Shown in pieces: positions 39,273-49,435 of a stretch of DNA of 64,000 nt. The stretch is taken from the IMG/VR virus record IMGVR_UViG_3300035701_007101; one strand, written 5' to 3'. Position numbers and translations under genes: made by a program. The stretch's first letter is position 1, and every line of letters starts with the position of its first letter. Origin of the DNA: a virus (lineage: Duplodnaviria; Heunggongvirae; Uroviricota; Caudoviricetes). The notes beneath the pieces are model-generated. The model saw nothing but the letters and a program-made list of their open reading frames with translations. It was not told the DNA's origin and searched no databases.

Positions 39273-39616
39273 TTAGGAAATATAATAAAATCAGCCTTGA
39301 ATTGTCGAAGCACTATATAAAATTTCTATTATTTCAAAACAATAAAAAGCCAGTTATCTGTACAGGCAAAATTGTTAACGTTCAACGTTTGCGAGCAACA
39401 GCTGAAAAATTTAATTATATTTTAACTATAAGAAATTATAAAACAAAAAAACATTTTGCTCGTAGACAATATGTACCATTAAAAAATATACGAATATATG
39501 AAAAAAACTTTTTACAATTTATTAACTCAGACAAAGTTCTTATGAATTTTTTTCAAAATCATTTAATTCTAGAAGAACAACAACAATTAACCAAGTTCGA
39601 TTTTTTAACCATGTGA
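39230..39616 (+). CDS. hypothetical protein
   Basis: ORF track; start lies inside the spacer. Confidence 0.5.
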   Translation: MTETARKKFNSVEIIRKYNKISLELSKHYIKFLLFQNNKKPVICTGKIVNVQRLRATAEKFNYILTIRNYKTKKHFARRQYVPLKNIRIYEKNFLQFINSDKVLMNFFQNHLILEEQQQLTKFDFLTM

Positions 39617-39789
39617 TGAGGGTTGTCGTGTATGACAGGTTCGCGATGTCAGAAACTGTTTAAATATTATTATATGGGTAACTGATAAGTAGTAGTATTA
39701 TTCATTATATATTGAATCAATACAAAAAACTTAACTCTTATCACATGGTTTTTCTTATAAAATCTTGTACAAGATAAAGGACTACAATA

Positions 39790-40539
39790 ATGAATATTAA
39801 AGGTATAAACATAAAACCTGCTGAAGAAATAAAACAAACAAATGTGCAGTTACTTGCACGATTAAAAGAAATACCGATCATAGTATTTTGTTTTCCTGGA
39901 CTACAATTTTCAGGTGATTTTTTAAGATGCTGGACTGCGACAATGCATTATTTATTGACAGAAAAAATACGTTTTGTCATGTCGACAGAATATTCTAGCG
40001 TAGTTCATTTAGCAAGAGCAAAATGTCTTTCATGTAATGTTCTTAATGGGCAACAGCAAAAGATATTTAATGGTATTAATTATACACATATTATGTGGAT
40101 TGACTCTGACATTGTTTGGCATCCAGAACAAATAGGTGAATTATTATTAAGAGATGTTGATGTTGTATCTGGCTTATATTCACATAATGGCGAACAATTC
40201 ATAGCATATAAAAACATTAATGATATTCAATATTTTAAAGAACATGGACATTTTGAATGTCTAACATTAAAAGATATTGAAAATGTAAATGATCTCATTG
40301 AAGTTTCTTATAGTGGTATGGGTTTTATGATGGTCAAAAAAGGAGTTTTTGAATCATTAGCATATCCATATTTTACATCAGAAGTAATTCATCTTGGTAA
40401 TGATTTAACGGACATAATAAGCGAAGACACTTCTTTTTGTATGAAAATTAAAGAAAAAGATTTCAAAATATTTGTTGATCCTTTAGTTGAAGTTGGTCAT
40501 GAAAAATCTTTAATTGTTAGGTCAACTAAAAAAGTATAA
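39790..40539 (+). CDS. GT-A-fold glycosyltransferase-like protein
   Basis: HIMWIDSD (DxD), VVSGLY, GMGFMMVKKGVFE, SEDTSFC, VGHEK. Confidence 0.78.
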   Translation: MNIKGINIKPAEEIKQTNVQLLARLKEIPIIVFCFPGLQFSGDFLRCWTATMHYLLTEKIRFVMSTEYSSVVHLARAKCLSCNVLNGQQQKIFNGINYTHIMWIDSDIVWHPEQIGELLLRDVDVVSGLYSHNGEQFIAYKNINDIQYFKEHGHFECLTLKDIENVNDLIEVSYSGMGFMMVKKGVFESLAYPYFTSEVIHLGNDLTDIISEDTSFCMKIKEKDFKIFVDPLVEVGHEKSLIVRSTKKV

Positions 40540-40603
40540 AGAGATATCATGTCTAAAGTAGTAGTGCAACCAGAACTTATTTAAACTAATAAAAGGAGTT
40601 GTC

Positions 40604-41722
40604 ATGAAAAAAGTTGCAAACACACTAGTAAACATCTTAGATAATCCTAATATGCAAAACATTTTAGATTTATCTAAACCAATCCAACCAGTCGTCGATA
40701 ATATGCTTAACTATTGGAGTTATAATCTGTATTCAAGAAAACCAGGCGCAGCATACACAGAAGATGATGTTTTTGTTGGAACTGACTTAGATTTAGCTTG
40801 TTTCTTATTTGCATTGGCCGAAAGAAATGCTGTTATAAACATTCCAAAATATGAAGGTCGTCGTGTAAAAACTGTAGCAGAAGGTGAAAGAGTTGTTTCA
40901 AATGAAAACAGACATGGTAAAATTTTAGCTGTTTTATCAAATAAAGAAAATTTTGCATTTTCAATTAGAATAAACGACGCAAATGTGATAACATCAGATT
41001 CAGTTGGCAATTTCAGAAATTTTATGATTGTTGACATTGATGGTTCTTGGTATGATGGGTGGAGTTCAGTTGAATTTGTGCCTGATGCAAAAGAAAACGA
41101 CTTTTTGACAAATAACAAACTATGGACAGGCAACACAGTCGTTTTTAAAAATTTCATTCATCCAAACAGGTGGATCTCTTTTTACGGTCAATATTACTTT
41201 CAAACAAAAGCTCTTCTTGAAAGACTTGAAATGGAAGCTGTACATATTACTGAATGCATTCAAAAAATGAAAGATAGAGGCGTAAAGCTTCCACTAGCAG
41301 ATATTAAAGAATGGCCTCAAAAAACAGTCGTCGGTGAAAGCAAGTCAATCAAAGTTTCAGTGATGGAAGCTGAAATTGAGATTCCGAACTTTATTAATAA
41401 CTATTGTGATCATACAGACGGTTTGCTACCAGGTTTTACTGGCAAAAATGATGCTGATTTATTGAAAGCCTACATGAATAGAAAAAGAGAGATCACATAC
41501 ACTATCAATCCAAAGCTGAGATTTGCTACACGTGCAACAGAGCTTGCATTCTTTAAGTATGGTAATAATGGCGAAAAGATGCCTGCATGGATTGAAAATG
41601 CAAATTGGGAGCGTGGACATGTTCAAACCGGAAAACGTAAGGAATGGAATAGATTAGTTTTTACACGAGGTATTGCTCTACGGTATAGAATATACGATAA
41701 AAGTGAAATTGTTGCAAAATAA
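40604..41722 (+). CDS. hypothetical protein
   Basis: AAGGAG RBS; followed by terminator. Confidence 0.75.
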   Translation: MKKVANTLVNILDNPNMQNILDLSKPIQPVVDNMLNYWSYNLYSRKPGAAYTEDDVFVGTDLDLACFLFALAERNAVINIPKYEGRRVKTVAEGERVVSNENRHGKILAVLSNKENFAFSIRINDANVITSDSVGNFRNFMIVDIDGSWYDGWSSVEFVPDAKENDFLTNNKLWTGNTVVFKNFIHPNRWISFYGQYYFQTKALLERLEMEAVHITECIQKMKDRGVKLPLADIKEWPQKTVVGESKSIKVSVMEAEIEIPNFINNYCDHTDGLLPGFTGKNDADLLKAYMNRKREITYTINPKLRFATRATELAFFKYGNNGEKMPAWIENANWERGHVQTGKRKEWNRLVFTRGIALRYRIYDKSEIVAK

Positions 41723-41738
41723 AGTAAAGAATATGAAC

Positions 41739-41773
41739 AAAGCATGCAGGAAATTAAACTGTATGCTTTTTTT
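41739..41773 (+). terminator. intrinsic terminator
   Basis: aaagcatgcag...ctgtatgcttt + T-run. Confidence 0.8.
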
Positions 41774-41899
41774 ATTAACCTGGCACTGGAAAATCTACTA
41801 TTCTAAGAAAAATTGAAGTAATGACTAATAGATTTGTTGTGACTGACCTCAATTGTTTGATAAAATTGAAGAAGAAGACATATAATAAAGGAGTAAACT

Positions 41900-42907
41900 A
41901 TGAGTGGTGCAAGTTTTGATGATTACAAAGAAACTATTAATCGTCGTAGCAAAGAAATAACTAGAGGTGATTATTCTGGATATACAGAAAGATCAAAGAT
42001 CAGTAAAAAGTGTGTTACTGAAAAATCAGCTGAACCCAGAAAAGAAAGAGATAAATCCGACTTATATGACAATAATCTTGTAAAATTAGAAATAACAAAA
42101 CCAAAAAATGACGTCACAAGACTTCATATTATTTTAATTGACAATTCTGGATCAAATTCAATCATAGCAAGGCATGTTCGAGACAGTTCAGGTTATTTCA
42201 TGAGCGTTTTAAGTACAATTGATCCACAATCACAAGTAGCTTTTATGTATTGTAGTGATCATGGTGATGGGCCAAACTTCATTCAATCTATTGATTATTT
42301 GTTTCCAGACAAAGAAGGTGATAAAGCTCTCTATTCAACATTACAACATGTAAAGCCTGCAAATGGACAAGATGCTGCTGAAGCTTTTGAATGTGCTCTT
42401 TGGCAAGCATGTGAAATTAATTTTGGTAATGCAATACAAAAACATCTATATTTGGCAACAGACGTAGTTGGTCATGGAATGGGAATGAGTAGTGATGATG
42501 GATGTCCTTTTCAAAGAGATTGGAAAGATTCAAAAGAAAAAGTATATACTACATTTACATCGTTTGAAGTCATTGGCTGTGGTAATAATGCTAGTACAGG
42601 CAGATTGCAGGCTCAGTTTTTAAAAGACGATAGAATTCAATATGATTTGATTGATTTATCTTCTATCGAAGAAGATCGTCATAGAGCAGCTATAACAATA
42701 AATGCAATATTATTTCTTATTGCGCGAAAAACTGGTCGTCAAGGCATTGAATTATTTTTGTCGTTCTTGTATGAAAAGTGGTTAGAAGATCCAATTTTCG
42801 GTAGTGAAACAGAAGACAGAGCAAAAGATATGATCAGACGTTTTGGAAAATTCATAGAATTGCCTGAAAATGAAGTCGATGAAATAATGAAAAAGATTTT
42901 AGTCTAA
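41900..42907 (+). CDS. vWA domain protein
   Basis: MIDAS ILIDNSGS, YCSDH, GQDAAEAFE, LATD. Confidence 0.78.
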   Translation: MSGASFDDYKETINRRSKEITRGDYSGYTERSKISKKCVTEKSAEPRKERDKSDLYDNNLVKLEITKPKNDVTRLHIILIDNSGSNSIIARHVRDSSGYFMSVLSTIDPQSQVAFMYCSDHGDGPNFIQSIDYLFPDKEGDKALYSTLQHVKPANGQDAAEAFECALWQACEINFGNAIQKHLYLATDVVGHGMGMSSDDGCPFQRDWKDSKEKVYTTFTSFEVIGCGNNASTGRLQAQFLKDDRIQYDLIDLSSIEEDRHRAAITINAILFLIARKTGRQGIELFLSFLYEKWLEDPIFGSETEDRAKDMIRRFGKFIELPENEVDEIMKKILV

Positions 42908-44475
42908 TGAAAAATGCTGAATTTATACGTTCGTGTGAAGAATGCAATATTGATGTAATTTCACAATTACAAGAGTCAGATAATGGTAAAGATCATAAAT
43001 CAGCTATTTGGCTTATAAGAGACAACGATAAATTATTCAAAGTTTTGAAAAGCATTACAAATTATCCTGAACCTTATCTTAGTGAAGATCAAATTTTTTT
43101 ACAATTACCCACTTTATCATTTATACCAAAATTTTATGGTGTAACAGAAATTTGTGGTCAAAGATTTCTTAGACGATCTTTTGTTAGAGGGCCAACACTT
43201 GCAGACAATATCATTCATTTTTTATTAGCTGCAAATGATTCATCATCATACATAATTTATCTTATTCTTGAAAAAATAAAAATCTTACTTGATAACAATC
43301 TTCTTTTTTTAGATTTAAAACCAAGTAACATCATATTGACAAATGATAATGACATCAACTTAATTGATTTTGGTTTATCTCAATTTGTCAGTAATAAAAA
43401 TCAGATTGTAAAATCGATTTTGTCACATCCCAGATATTGTGCTCCTGAAAATTGTGACAATGTTTCAAGCGCGAAGTCAATTGTTTTTCAGTTAGGCATC
43501 ATTGCGCATGAACTACTTACTGGACAACATCCTTTTGAAAGTGAAAATGAGTTGTCATTTACAACTAATTGGCAACAATGCATCTTTCGATATCTTCATC
43601 CTATTGTTAAAAATGAGTCAAAAATACTTACAGATAACATTGTCTCAAAAATGCTTGAATTTCAGCCCGATGATAGACCATCATTAGATGATTGCATTAA
43701 AGAATTTGAAAACACTCCAAAAGTATTTATACAAAAATCAATTACTATAGATACTAAAAAGACAGTATTATTTCCAGCAAGAATGGGCATTCCGCACAAA
43801 GGTCACATTGACTACATTTCGGGCCTCATAGACTTAGGCTACTATGTTATAATTTCAATCCAAAGGTCTTATACAATTACTGATAAAGATCCTATATCTA
43901 AATGGTTTGTGATGAAAATAGTTGAACATTCACTTTTGAAGTTAGGCTATTCTAAAAATAATTTTAAATTTTATTTTACACCTTTTTACAAAACTGTTAA
44001 TGAGTTAAAAATGCATTTTGCAATGATGCCTGATAGTTTTTCAACTGTTGTATCTTCTAATCCGTCAATTCGTGATTTATTTGAATATCATGACATAATT
44101 GAACAAAAAGATGTTCTAGGTTATGAAAATGAGCCGTTTGATGCTCGATCATGGGGTGAAATAATTAGGACAGCTATTAAAAATAATGATTATCTAATGT
44201 TTAAAAGATATGCTGCTATTGGTCTTGAAGATATTATTACATTTAAACAAATTAAAGAGATGTACTGCAAACCATTAATTGAATTTGTTCCAGGAAATGT
44301 TTTTGTTGTAGTTAAAAATGAAGAACTAAGAGTGAATAAATACTCAAATCCAGAAGAAACTATTATAAAACATTTCAGTTGTCAAAATGATAAAATTATG
44401 TATGAATATACAGAATTTGATGGTACTAATGAAAAAATTCATTTTAATTTAAAGGAGGACGTATGTCATATTTAG
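42907..44475 (+). CDS. Ser/Thr kinase fused to HxGH nucleotidyltransferase (NMNAT-like)
   Basis: FLDLKPSNI, IDFGLS, YCAPE; then LFPARMGIPHKGHIDYI. Confidence 0.8.
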   Translation: MKNAEFIRSCEECNIDVISQLQESDNGKDHKSAIWLIRDNDKLFKVLKSITNYPEPYLSEDQIFLQLPTLSFIPKFYGVTEICGQRFLRRSFVRGPTLADNIIHFLLAANDSSSYIIYLILEKIKILLDNNLLFLDLKPSNIILTNDNDINLIDFGLSQFVSNKNQIVKSILSHPRYCAPENCDNVSSAKSIVFQLGIIAHELLTGQHPFESENELSFTTNWQQCIFRYLHPIVKNESKILTDNIVSKMLEFQPDDRPSLDDCIKEFENTPKVFIQKSITIDTKKTVLFPARMGIPHKGHIDYISGLIDLGYYVIISIQRSYTITDKDPISKWFVMKIVEHSLLKLGYSKNNFKFYFTPFYKTVNELKMHFAMMPDSFSTVVSSNPSIRDLFEYHDIIEQKDVLGYENEPFDARSWGEIIRTAIKNNDYLMFKRYAAIGLEDIITFKQIKEMYCKPLIEFVPGNVFVVVKNEELRVNKYSNPEETIIKHFSCQNDKIMYEYTEFDGTNEKIHFNLKEDVCHI

Positions 44476-45611
44476 AGAGTTGGACAAATAGGATTGAACC
44501 ATTTGCAAAAGCAATTGGCAAAACTATTGAAGAAGTAACCGAGTGTCTTACGAGCGAAGTTGGCGAACCAAATGACCAAGCTTTAGAGGCCTTAGGCAAT
44601 GAAGAATTTACACCGTTTGAATCATTGCAAGTTGTGTTTAAGCCTTTGAACATTCCACCAGCAATTCTTCGTAAAAATGTGAATCTCTTACGAGTAAAAG
44701 CTGTCGAGAAAGCTGCGCCAACAAATATTGTTATGACAAATGTTTTGCCGCCTATTGCAGATGATGAGAGTTTTGTTAAAGCTTTGAAAGTTGGCGGTGA
44801 ACTAAAAGTCAATACAATTGAAGTAATCGCAGCAGTCAAAGCTGCTCTTGCAGATCATATTGGATTGTATGATTTGCCAGATATGTTGAAATCAAGAATG
44901 GAAGAAGTGTCAGAGTCGCTTGAAGAACCGTGCAGTAAAGAATTTCTTGAAATGCGTAATTTAGTTACGAAAAGAACTTATGCAGACATTATGTCTGTTC
45001 TTGGTATTGAAGGCCATTTTATAAACGATACAAGAAAAACTGCTTTTTTAAAGAAACTAAATGACTTACTGTGGACTGAAACAATAAGCTTTCATACTCA
45101 ATTATCAAACTGGAATACTACCTGGCTCAATACTGCGAGTAATCCCGGAATGATTTCGACTGCAATTTTGTCGGCTGTTTCTGGCAATGCAGCATCTCCT
45201 GTAGCTTCGATGATGCAACCACCCGATACAGCATTTCTTAGAGATGCAGCTGAAAAAGTGATAATGACAATTAACAAAATTTTTGCTGGCTTTGGAATAC
45301 CAATTGCAAGAGCTTTAGCTTATGAAGCTCTTGAAATCAAAAAAGTATTAGAGAAAAGCACGTTGCCTGCATTGGTCGGTGCATTAAATAGAGATTCAAT
45401 GCTTAAAATGTTGAATGTGAGTGTTGCTGGAGATTATGTGCGTCTTGAGAGAAATTTAGTTCAGTATGTTGTTGCAATTATGGAATTTCCAAAAGTTGAG
45501 CCACAAACTGAAATATTATATTTATCATCTTTGTATCAGTTAGGCATGTCAATTGACTGGAATAAATTTTCAAAAGCAGACAATAAATTTACGAAACATA
45601 GAGCATATTAA
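44463..45611 (+). CDS. hypothetical protein
   Basis: AAGGAGG RBS; overlaps kinase stop. Confidence 0.75.
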   Translation: MSYLESWTNRIEPFAKAIGKTIEEVTECLTSEVGEPNDQALEALGNEEFTPFESLQVVFKPLNIPPAILRKNVNLLRVKAVEKAAPTNIVMTNVLPPIADDESFVKALKVGGELKVNTIEVIAAVKAALADHIGLYDLPDMLKSRMEEVSESLEEPCSKEFLEMRNLVTKRTYADIMSVLGIEGHFINDTRKTAFLKKLNDLLWTETISFHTQLSNWNTTWLNTASNPGMISTAILSAVSGNAASPVASMMQPPDTAFLRDAAEKVIMTINKIFAGFGIPIARALAYEALEIKKVLEKSTLPALVGALNRDSMLKMLNVSVAGDYVRLERNLVQYVVAIMEFPKVEPQTEILYLSSLYQLGMSIDWNKFSKADNKFTKHRAY

Positions 45612-45658
45612 ACGATTTAAACAGATTAAAGCAAATTAAATTTGTAAGGAGTGAAACT

Positions 45659-46348
45659 ATGAATGAAAATATATTAAAAGTTGAAAAAACAAACGTAAAT
45701 TTGAAAATGGATTTTGATGCACGTGATGTTATTGACATTTTAGTATCTGAACAAGAACAAAGTATCGAAAATATCATTAAAAATCTAGAATTAGATTTGA
45801 AAGACTTGCAAAATGAATTAACTACAAATGCAAAAGAAATTGACGCTTATATAAAAGCGTTTGTGGACAAAAAATATAGCAGCCATGTCAATTCTATTGA
45901 CAAAATGTTCAATGAAATGGGACTTGATGCGCTTGTCAGATTTGAAATTATTGATAGTAAAGACATGGTCAACAAACGACCAAAATTGATGAGTAATCCA
46001 AGCGCACAGTTAGAAGATACAGATAAAATTATCTTCGCGCTTGTTATTACTAATAAAGCTTTTGATCGTAATGTAGTTGATAGCACTATATCATTTTTTC
46101 TTGAGTCTGATTATGATGACAAATTGAAAAATCTTAATAAAAAGCGCGAAACAATTCTTGAAACCGTTAACACAATCAGAAATCAGATAAAAGGCTATCA
46201 AACACAACTTAGTGGGACTGATAGATTAGTAAGAAGAGCTAAAGCTGCTGCTGTTACCAAAAAAGCAATAGGACAAAGTGTAGATGAATTACTAGCAGAT
46301 TTTAGACAGGCTTATCCACAAATTGAATTGAAAAAAGACAAGTTTTAA
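45659..46348 (+). CDS. coiled-coil hypothetical protein
   Basis: AAGGAG RBS. Confidence 0.7.
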   Translation: MNENILKVEKTNVNLKMDFDARDVIDILVSEQEQSIENIIKNLELDLKDLQNELTTNAKEIDAYIKAFVDKKYSSHVNSIDKMFNEMGLDALVRFEIIDSKDMVNKRPKLMSNPSAQLEDTDKIIFALVITNKAFDRNVVDSTISFFLESDYDDKLKNLNKKRETILETVNTIRNQIKGYQTQLSGTDRLVRRAKAAAVTKKAIGQSVDELLADFRQAYPQIELKKDKF

Positions 46349-46443
46349 AGGATTTTAATTATGTGTGATAAACCTCTTAATTTTACTGGTGATACTTCAT
46401 TGACTCAAAAAAAGACAATGAAACAGAAAATAAAGGAGGTATC

Positions 46444-47232
46444 TTGTCCAGTAAACATGCTATAAAAAAGATGAAGATGTTAAGTAAAAAGTATGAAGTT
46501 CAGACTGAGATTGTAGCAGGGTACTTCCGAACGAAAGTATTCTATGCAGCTAAAGAATCCGGAGACCCTGCACTTATCCTGGCTGAAAAAGAAAAACTAA
46601 GGAAGATGCCCTTTTGTGCAGAGAAAGTTTTAATGTTTAAAGAATTAACGCTGGGTAATGAAGAAGACTGTAAAAAAGAAAAAGAAAGATTGGAAATGAC
46701 AATAACTGACAAAGATCTTGGAATACCTCACGATAGTGAAAAATTTAGAGACGTTAGAGCTCGTGCAAAAGATGAAGAATTTATTCGCAAAACTCGAAAA
46801 GACTCAAAACAAATTCAACCACCTTATAAAATTGATGATGAAATTGTTTTAACTAACACTGGTATGGGCAGAGCTAGACATTATGTGCTCATAAAAATTG
46901 TTGATTTTGATGAATCAAGGGGATCAACAAATGATTTTGAATATTTTGGAATAGTTTTAAAATTGACTGATCCTAAGTTAGAACATAGGCTTGGTCGATT
47001 ATTAATTTTTTCAACTAGAAAATGGATAATTGGATGGAATTATTCACCTGCAAACGTCAAAAATGAAAATATAAAATGGCATGCACAATTAACTAAAGAA
47101 GAACCTATCATTGCTTCATTTCCAGCACTCATACAATATATTGACAACCAAGAAACTTGTATTATTTCATCATTTGACGAAATAATTAATAATCGAAATT
47201 TCAAAGTTTTAAAACTAAACTACAAACAATAA
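46444..47232 (+). CDS. hypothetical protein
   Basis: AAGGAGG RBS before TTG. Confidence 0.65.
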   Translation: MSSKHAIKKMKMLSKKYEVQTEIVAGYFRTKVFYAAKESGDPALILAEKEKLRKMPFCAEKVLMFKELTLGNEEDCKKEKERLEMTITDKDLGIPHDSEKFRDVRARAKDEEFIRKTRKDSKQIQPPYKIDDEIVLTNTGMGRARHYVLIKIVDFDESRGSTNDFEYFGIVLKLTDPKLEHRLGRLLIFSTRKWIIGWNYSPANVKNENIKWHAQLTKEEPIIASFPALIQYIDNQETCIISSFDEIINNRNFKVLKLNYKQ

Positions 47233-47323
47233 ATGTCAATAGCATGTAGTTGACACACTTCAAAATATAATTTTTTAATCTTTTTTATATAATTCTTTCA
47301 TAATATTATGAAAGGATTTTATA

Positions 47324-47794
47324 ATGAAGTATAGCCAACAAATTAACAAAGAATTCTTAAAAAAATCTTTTGTCAAGACAGCTGCTATTCAAGCGCTTCC
47401 AGTCATTAAGAAATATCGTGTTTCAGATGAATCATACGATGTTTGTCCTCATTGTCATAATGAAATTGGTGAAAAATCAGTCTTTTTTGATATGAAAGGT
47501 ATTTACGGACAGCCTGAAATATGGTATCATAGACAATGTAGTAAGCCAATAAACTTCCCTGACGAAAATAAAACAGGTCAAGTATTTTATTTTCGTATTC
47601 GTACATTTGGTAAAATAGATAATAAACATGATTTTGGTGAATGTCATCCTGAATGCGAATATCTTTCATGGAAAGAATCTGGTTATGGCTTTTGTAAATT
47701 ATTTAAAAAAGATTTAGGCAAATGCCGGTGTAAATATGGTTCAGGTGCTATAAGATGTAGTGAATGTCAGAGTGCAACGGATGGTCAAACATGA
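47324..47794 (+). CDS. Cys-rich protein with leader-like N-terminus (INKEFLKKSFVKTAA)
   Basis: CPHC, HRQC, CHPECEY, CSEC. Confidence 0.65.
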   Translation: MKYSQQINKEFLKKSFVKTAAIQALPVIKKYRVSDESYDVCPHCHNEIGEKSVFFDMKGIYGQPEIWYHRQCSKPINFPDENKTGQVFYFRIRTFGKIDNKHDFGECHPECEYLSWKESGYGFCKLFKKDLGKCRCKYGSGAIRCSECQSATDGQT

Positions 47795-48606
47795 AAACTG
47801 CAAAATGGCAAGACCTATCTTTTGAACAACAACAACAATATATGAAACATCATCCAAAAACTAAGTTTCATGTTACTGGTATGCCGTCGGATCCTCAGAA
47901 TATTGAATTGTTTAATATTAAAAAGACTATGAATGGTTTAAATAGTGTAGTTGAGGGTAAATTGCCTATTGTACAAGAAAAAGCTAATGAATGGTCTGAG
48001 ACATTACAATCGCTGGGATTTGAAAAAGTAAAAGAGAGTGAAGAATCTACAACTTTAGTAAAAGACGATTTACAAGCTGAAGTAGGCGTCAAAAAAGGAA
48101 AAATGAGATATTTCAGTTACTTTGAAATTAAACCAATGGAAGTAAATATGGAAAAAGCTGCAACTATTAATGATGAAAATATTATTAACTTTGTTAAAGC
48201 TGCAACAGCTGATGATAGCAAAAAAGGCTTAGTAATAGATATTGAAAAAGAAACTGCCAATAATAATAATTTTCGTAAAGTAATATATACTGGCGAGCAT
48301 AGTCAACTTGTTTTAATGTCACTAAATCCTGGCGAAGAAATTGGTGAAGAGATACATGAAGAAACAGATCAATTTTTTAGAATAGATAAAGGCTCAGGAT
48401 TTGTTGTCATTAATGATGAAAAACATACAATTAATGATGGCTTTGCTATTGTGATTCCTGCTGGAGCAAAACATAATGTCATAGCAGGTAAAGACGGACT
48501 GAAGTTATATTCGATTTACTCGCCGCCGCACCACGCTGATAAAACTATTCATAAAACAAAAGAAGATGTTGAAGAAGAGCATTTTGACGGTAAGACAACA
48601 GAATAA
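47791..48606 (+). CDS. W-x-x-LS...HHPKTK module fused to cupin domain
   Basis: ATG 47791; C-term SQLVLMSLNPGEEIGEEIH...VIPAGAKHNV...YSPPHH. Confidence 0.8.
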   Translation: MKTAKWQDLSFEQQQQYMKHHPKTKFHVTGMPSDPQNIELFNIKKTMNGLNSVVEGKLPIVQEKANEWSETLQSLGFEKVKESEESTTLVKDDLQAEVGVKKGKMRYFSYFEIKPMEVNMEKAATINDENIINFVKAATADDSKKGLVIDIEKETANNNNFRKVIYTGEHSQLVLMSLNPGEEIGEEIHEETDQFFRIDKGSGFVVINDEKHTINDGFAIVIPAGAKHNVIAGKDGLKLYSIYSPPHHADKTIHKTKEDVEEEHFDGKTTE

Positions 48607-48618
48607 CTGGAGATCAAA

Positions 48619-48882
48619 ATGACAAAATTCATTAAAGACATCGTGTCTGCAAATGGTAATGCCTCTACTACTAGAGTATGTACGCTTTTAATTGTTGCAA
48701 TTATTTTAATTGTTTATGTTGCAGTTAACGTAGTTGCAATGATCAAAGGATCAGGCTATCAAGATTTTCCTACAAATTCTGTTATGGTCTTACTCGTGGC
48801 ATTGGGTGCAAAAGTAGGCCAGCATATATCTGAGACATTTGAAAAGAAAAAAATTGAACAGATAGATGAACAACCTAAATAA
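48619..48882 (+). CDS. putative holin
   Basis: Two hydrophobic segments, charged C-tail, directly upstream of endolysin. Confidence 0.6.
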   Translation: MTKFIKDIVSANGNASTTRVCTLLIVAIILIVYVAVNVVAMIKGSGYQDFPTNSVMVLLVALGAKVGQHISETFEKKKIEQIDEQPK

Positions 48883-48895
48883 AGGAGAGATTAAA

Positions 48896-49399
48896 ATGGA
48901 TTCAAATTTTGAAAAATCATTGCAGTTGATACTTAAATTTGAGGGTGGATATGTTAATGACCCGAATGATCATGGCGGAGCAACTAATAAAGGTGTAACT
49001 CAAACAGTATATGATGAATACAGAAAATCGTTAAATAAATCAAGTCAATCAGTAAAAGATATAACTGATGAAGAAGTAAAAGATCTTTATTATAAAAAAT
49101 ATTGGATAGTGGCAATGTGTGATAAATTGCCACTTGACGTTGACACAGTTCATTTTGATATGGCTGTAAATGCAGGACCAAAACAAGCTGCAAAATTGCT
49201 ACAAAGAAGTGTCGGAGTAGCTGATGACGGAGTGATTGGGCCAGCAACATTAGCAAAAGTGACATCAACAAATCCAAAGGCGATTATAAGACAATATATA
49301 AATAAAAGAATTGAATTTTATATTGGTCTAGTTATGAATAATTTGTCGCAAATCAAATTCTTGAATGGATGGATTTTGAGAGCAAATTCATTTCTGTAA
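48896..49399 (+). CDS. glycoside hydrolase family 108 endolysin
   Basis: FEGGYVNDPNDHGGATNKGVT, FDMAVNAG, DGVIGPAT, FLNGW; AAGGAG RBS. Confidence 0.92.
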   Translation: MDSNFEKSLQLILKFEGGYVNDPNDHGGATNKGVTQTVYDEYRKSLNKSSQSVKDITDEEVKDLYYKKYWIVAMCDKLPLDVDTVHFDMAVNAGPKQAAKLLQRSVGVADDGVIGPATLAKVTSTNPKAIIRQYINKRIEFYIGLVMNNLSQIKFLNGWILRANSFL

Positions 49400-49435
49400 A
49401 TTGTCAATTTAAGATACTTAAAAAGGAGATATAGT

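Noticed and set aside
39630-39660. tRNA suggested by GGTTCG
   Set aside because: No acceptor stem, canonical T-stem or CCA; the GGTTCG at 20759 and 54697 are in coding DNA
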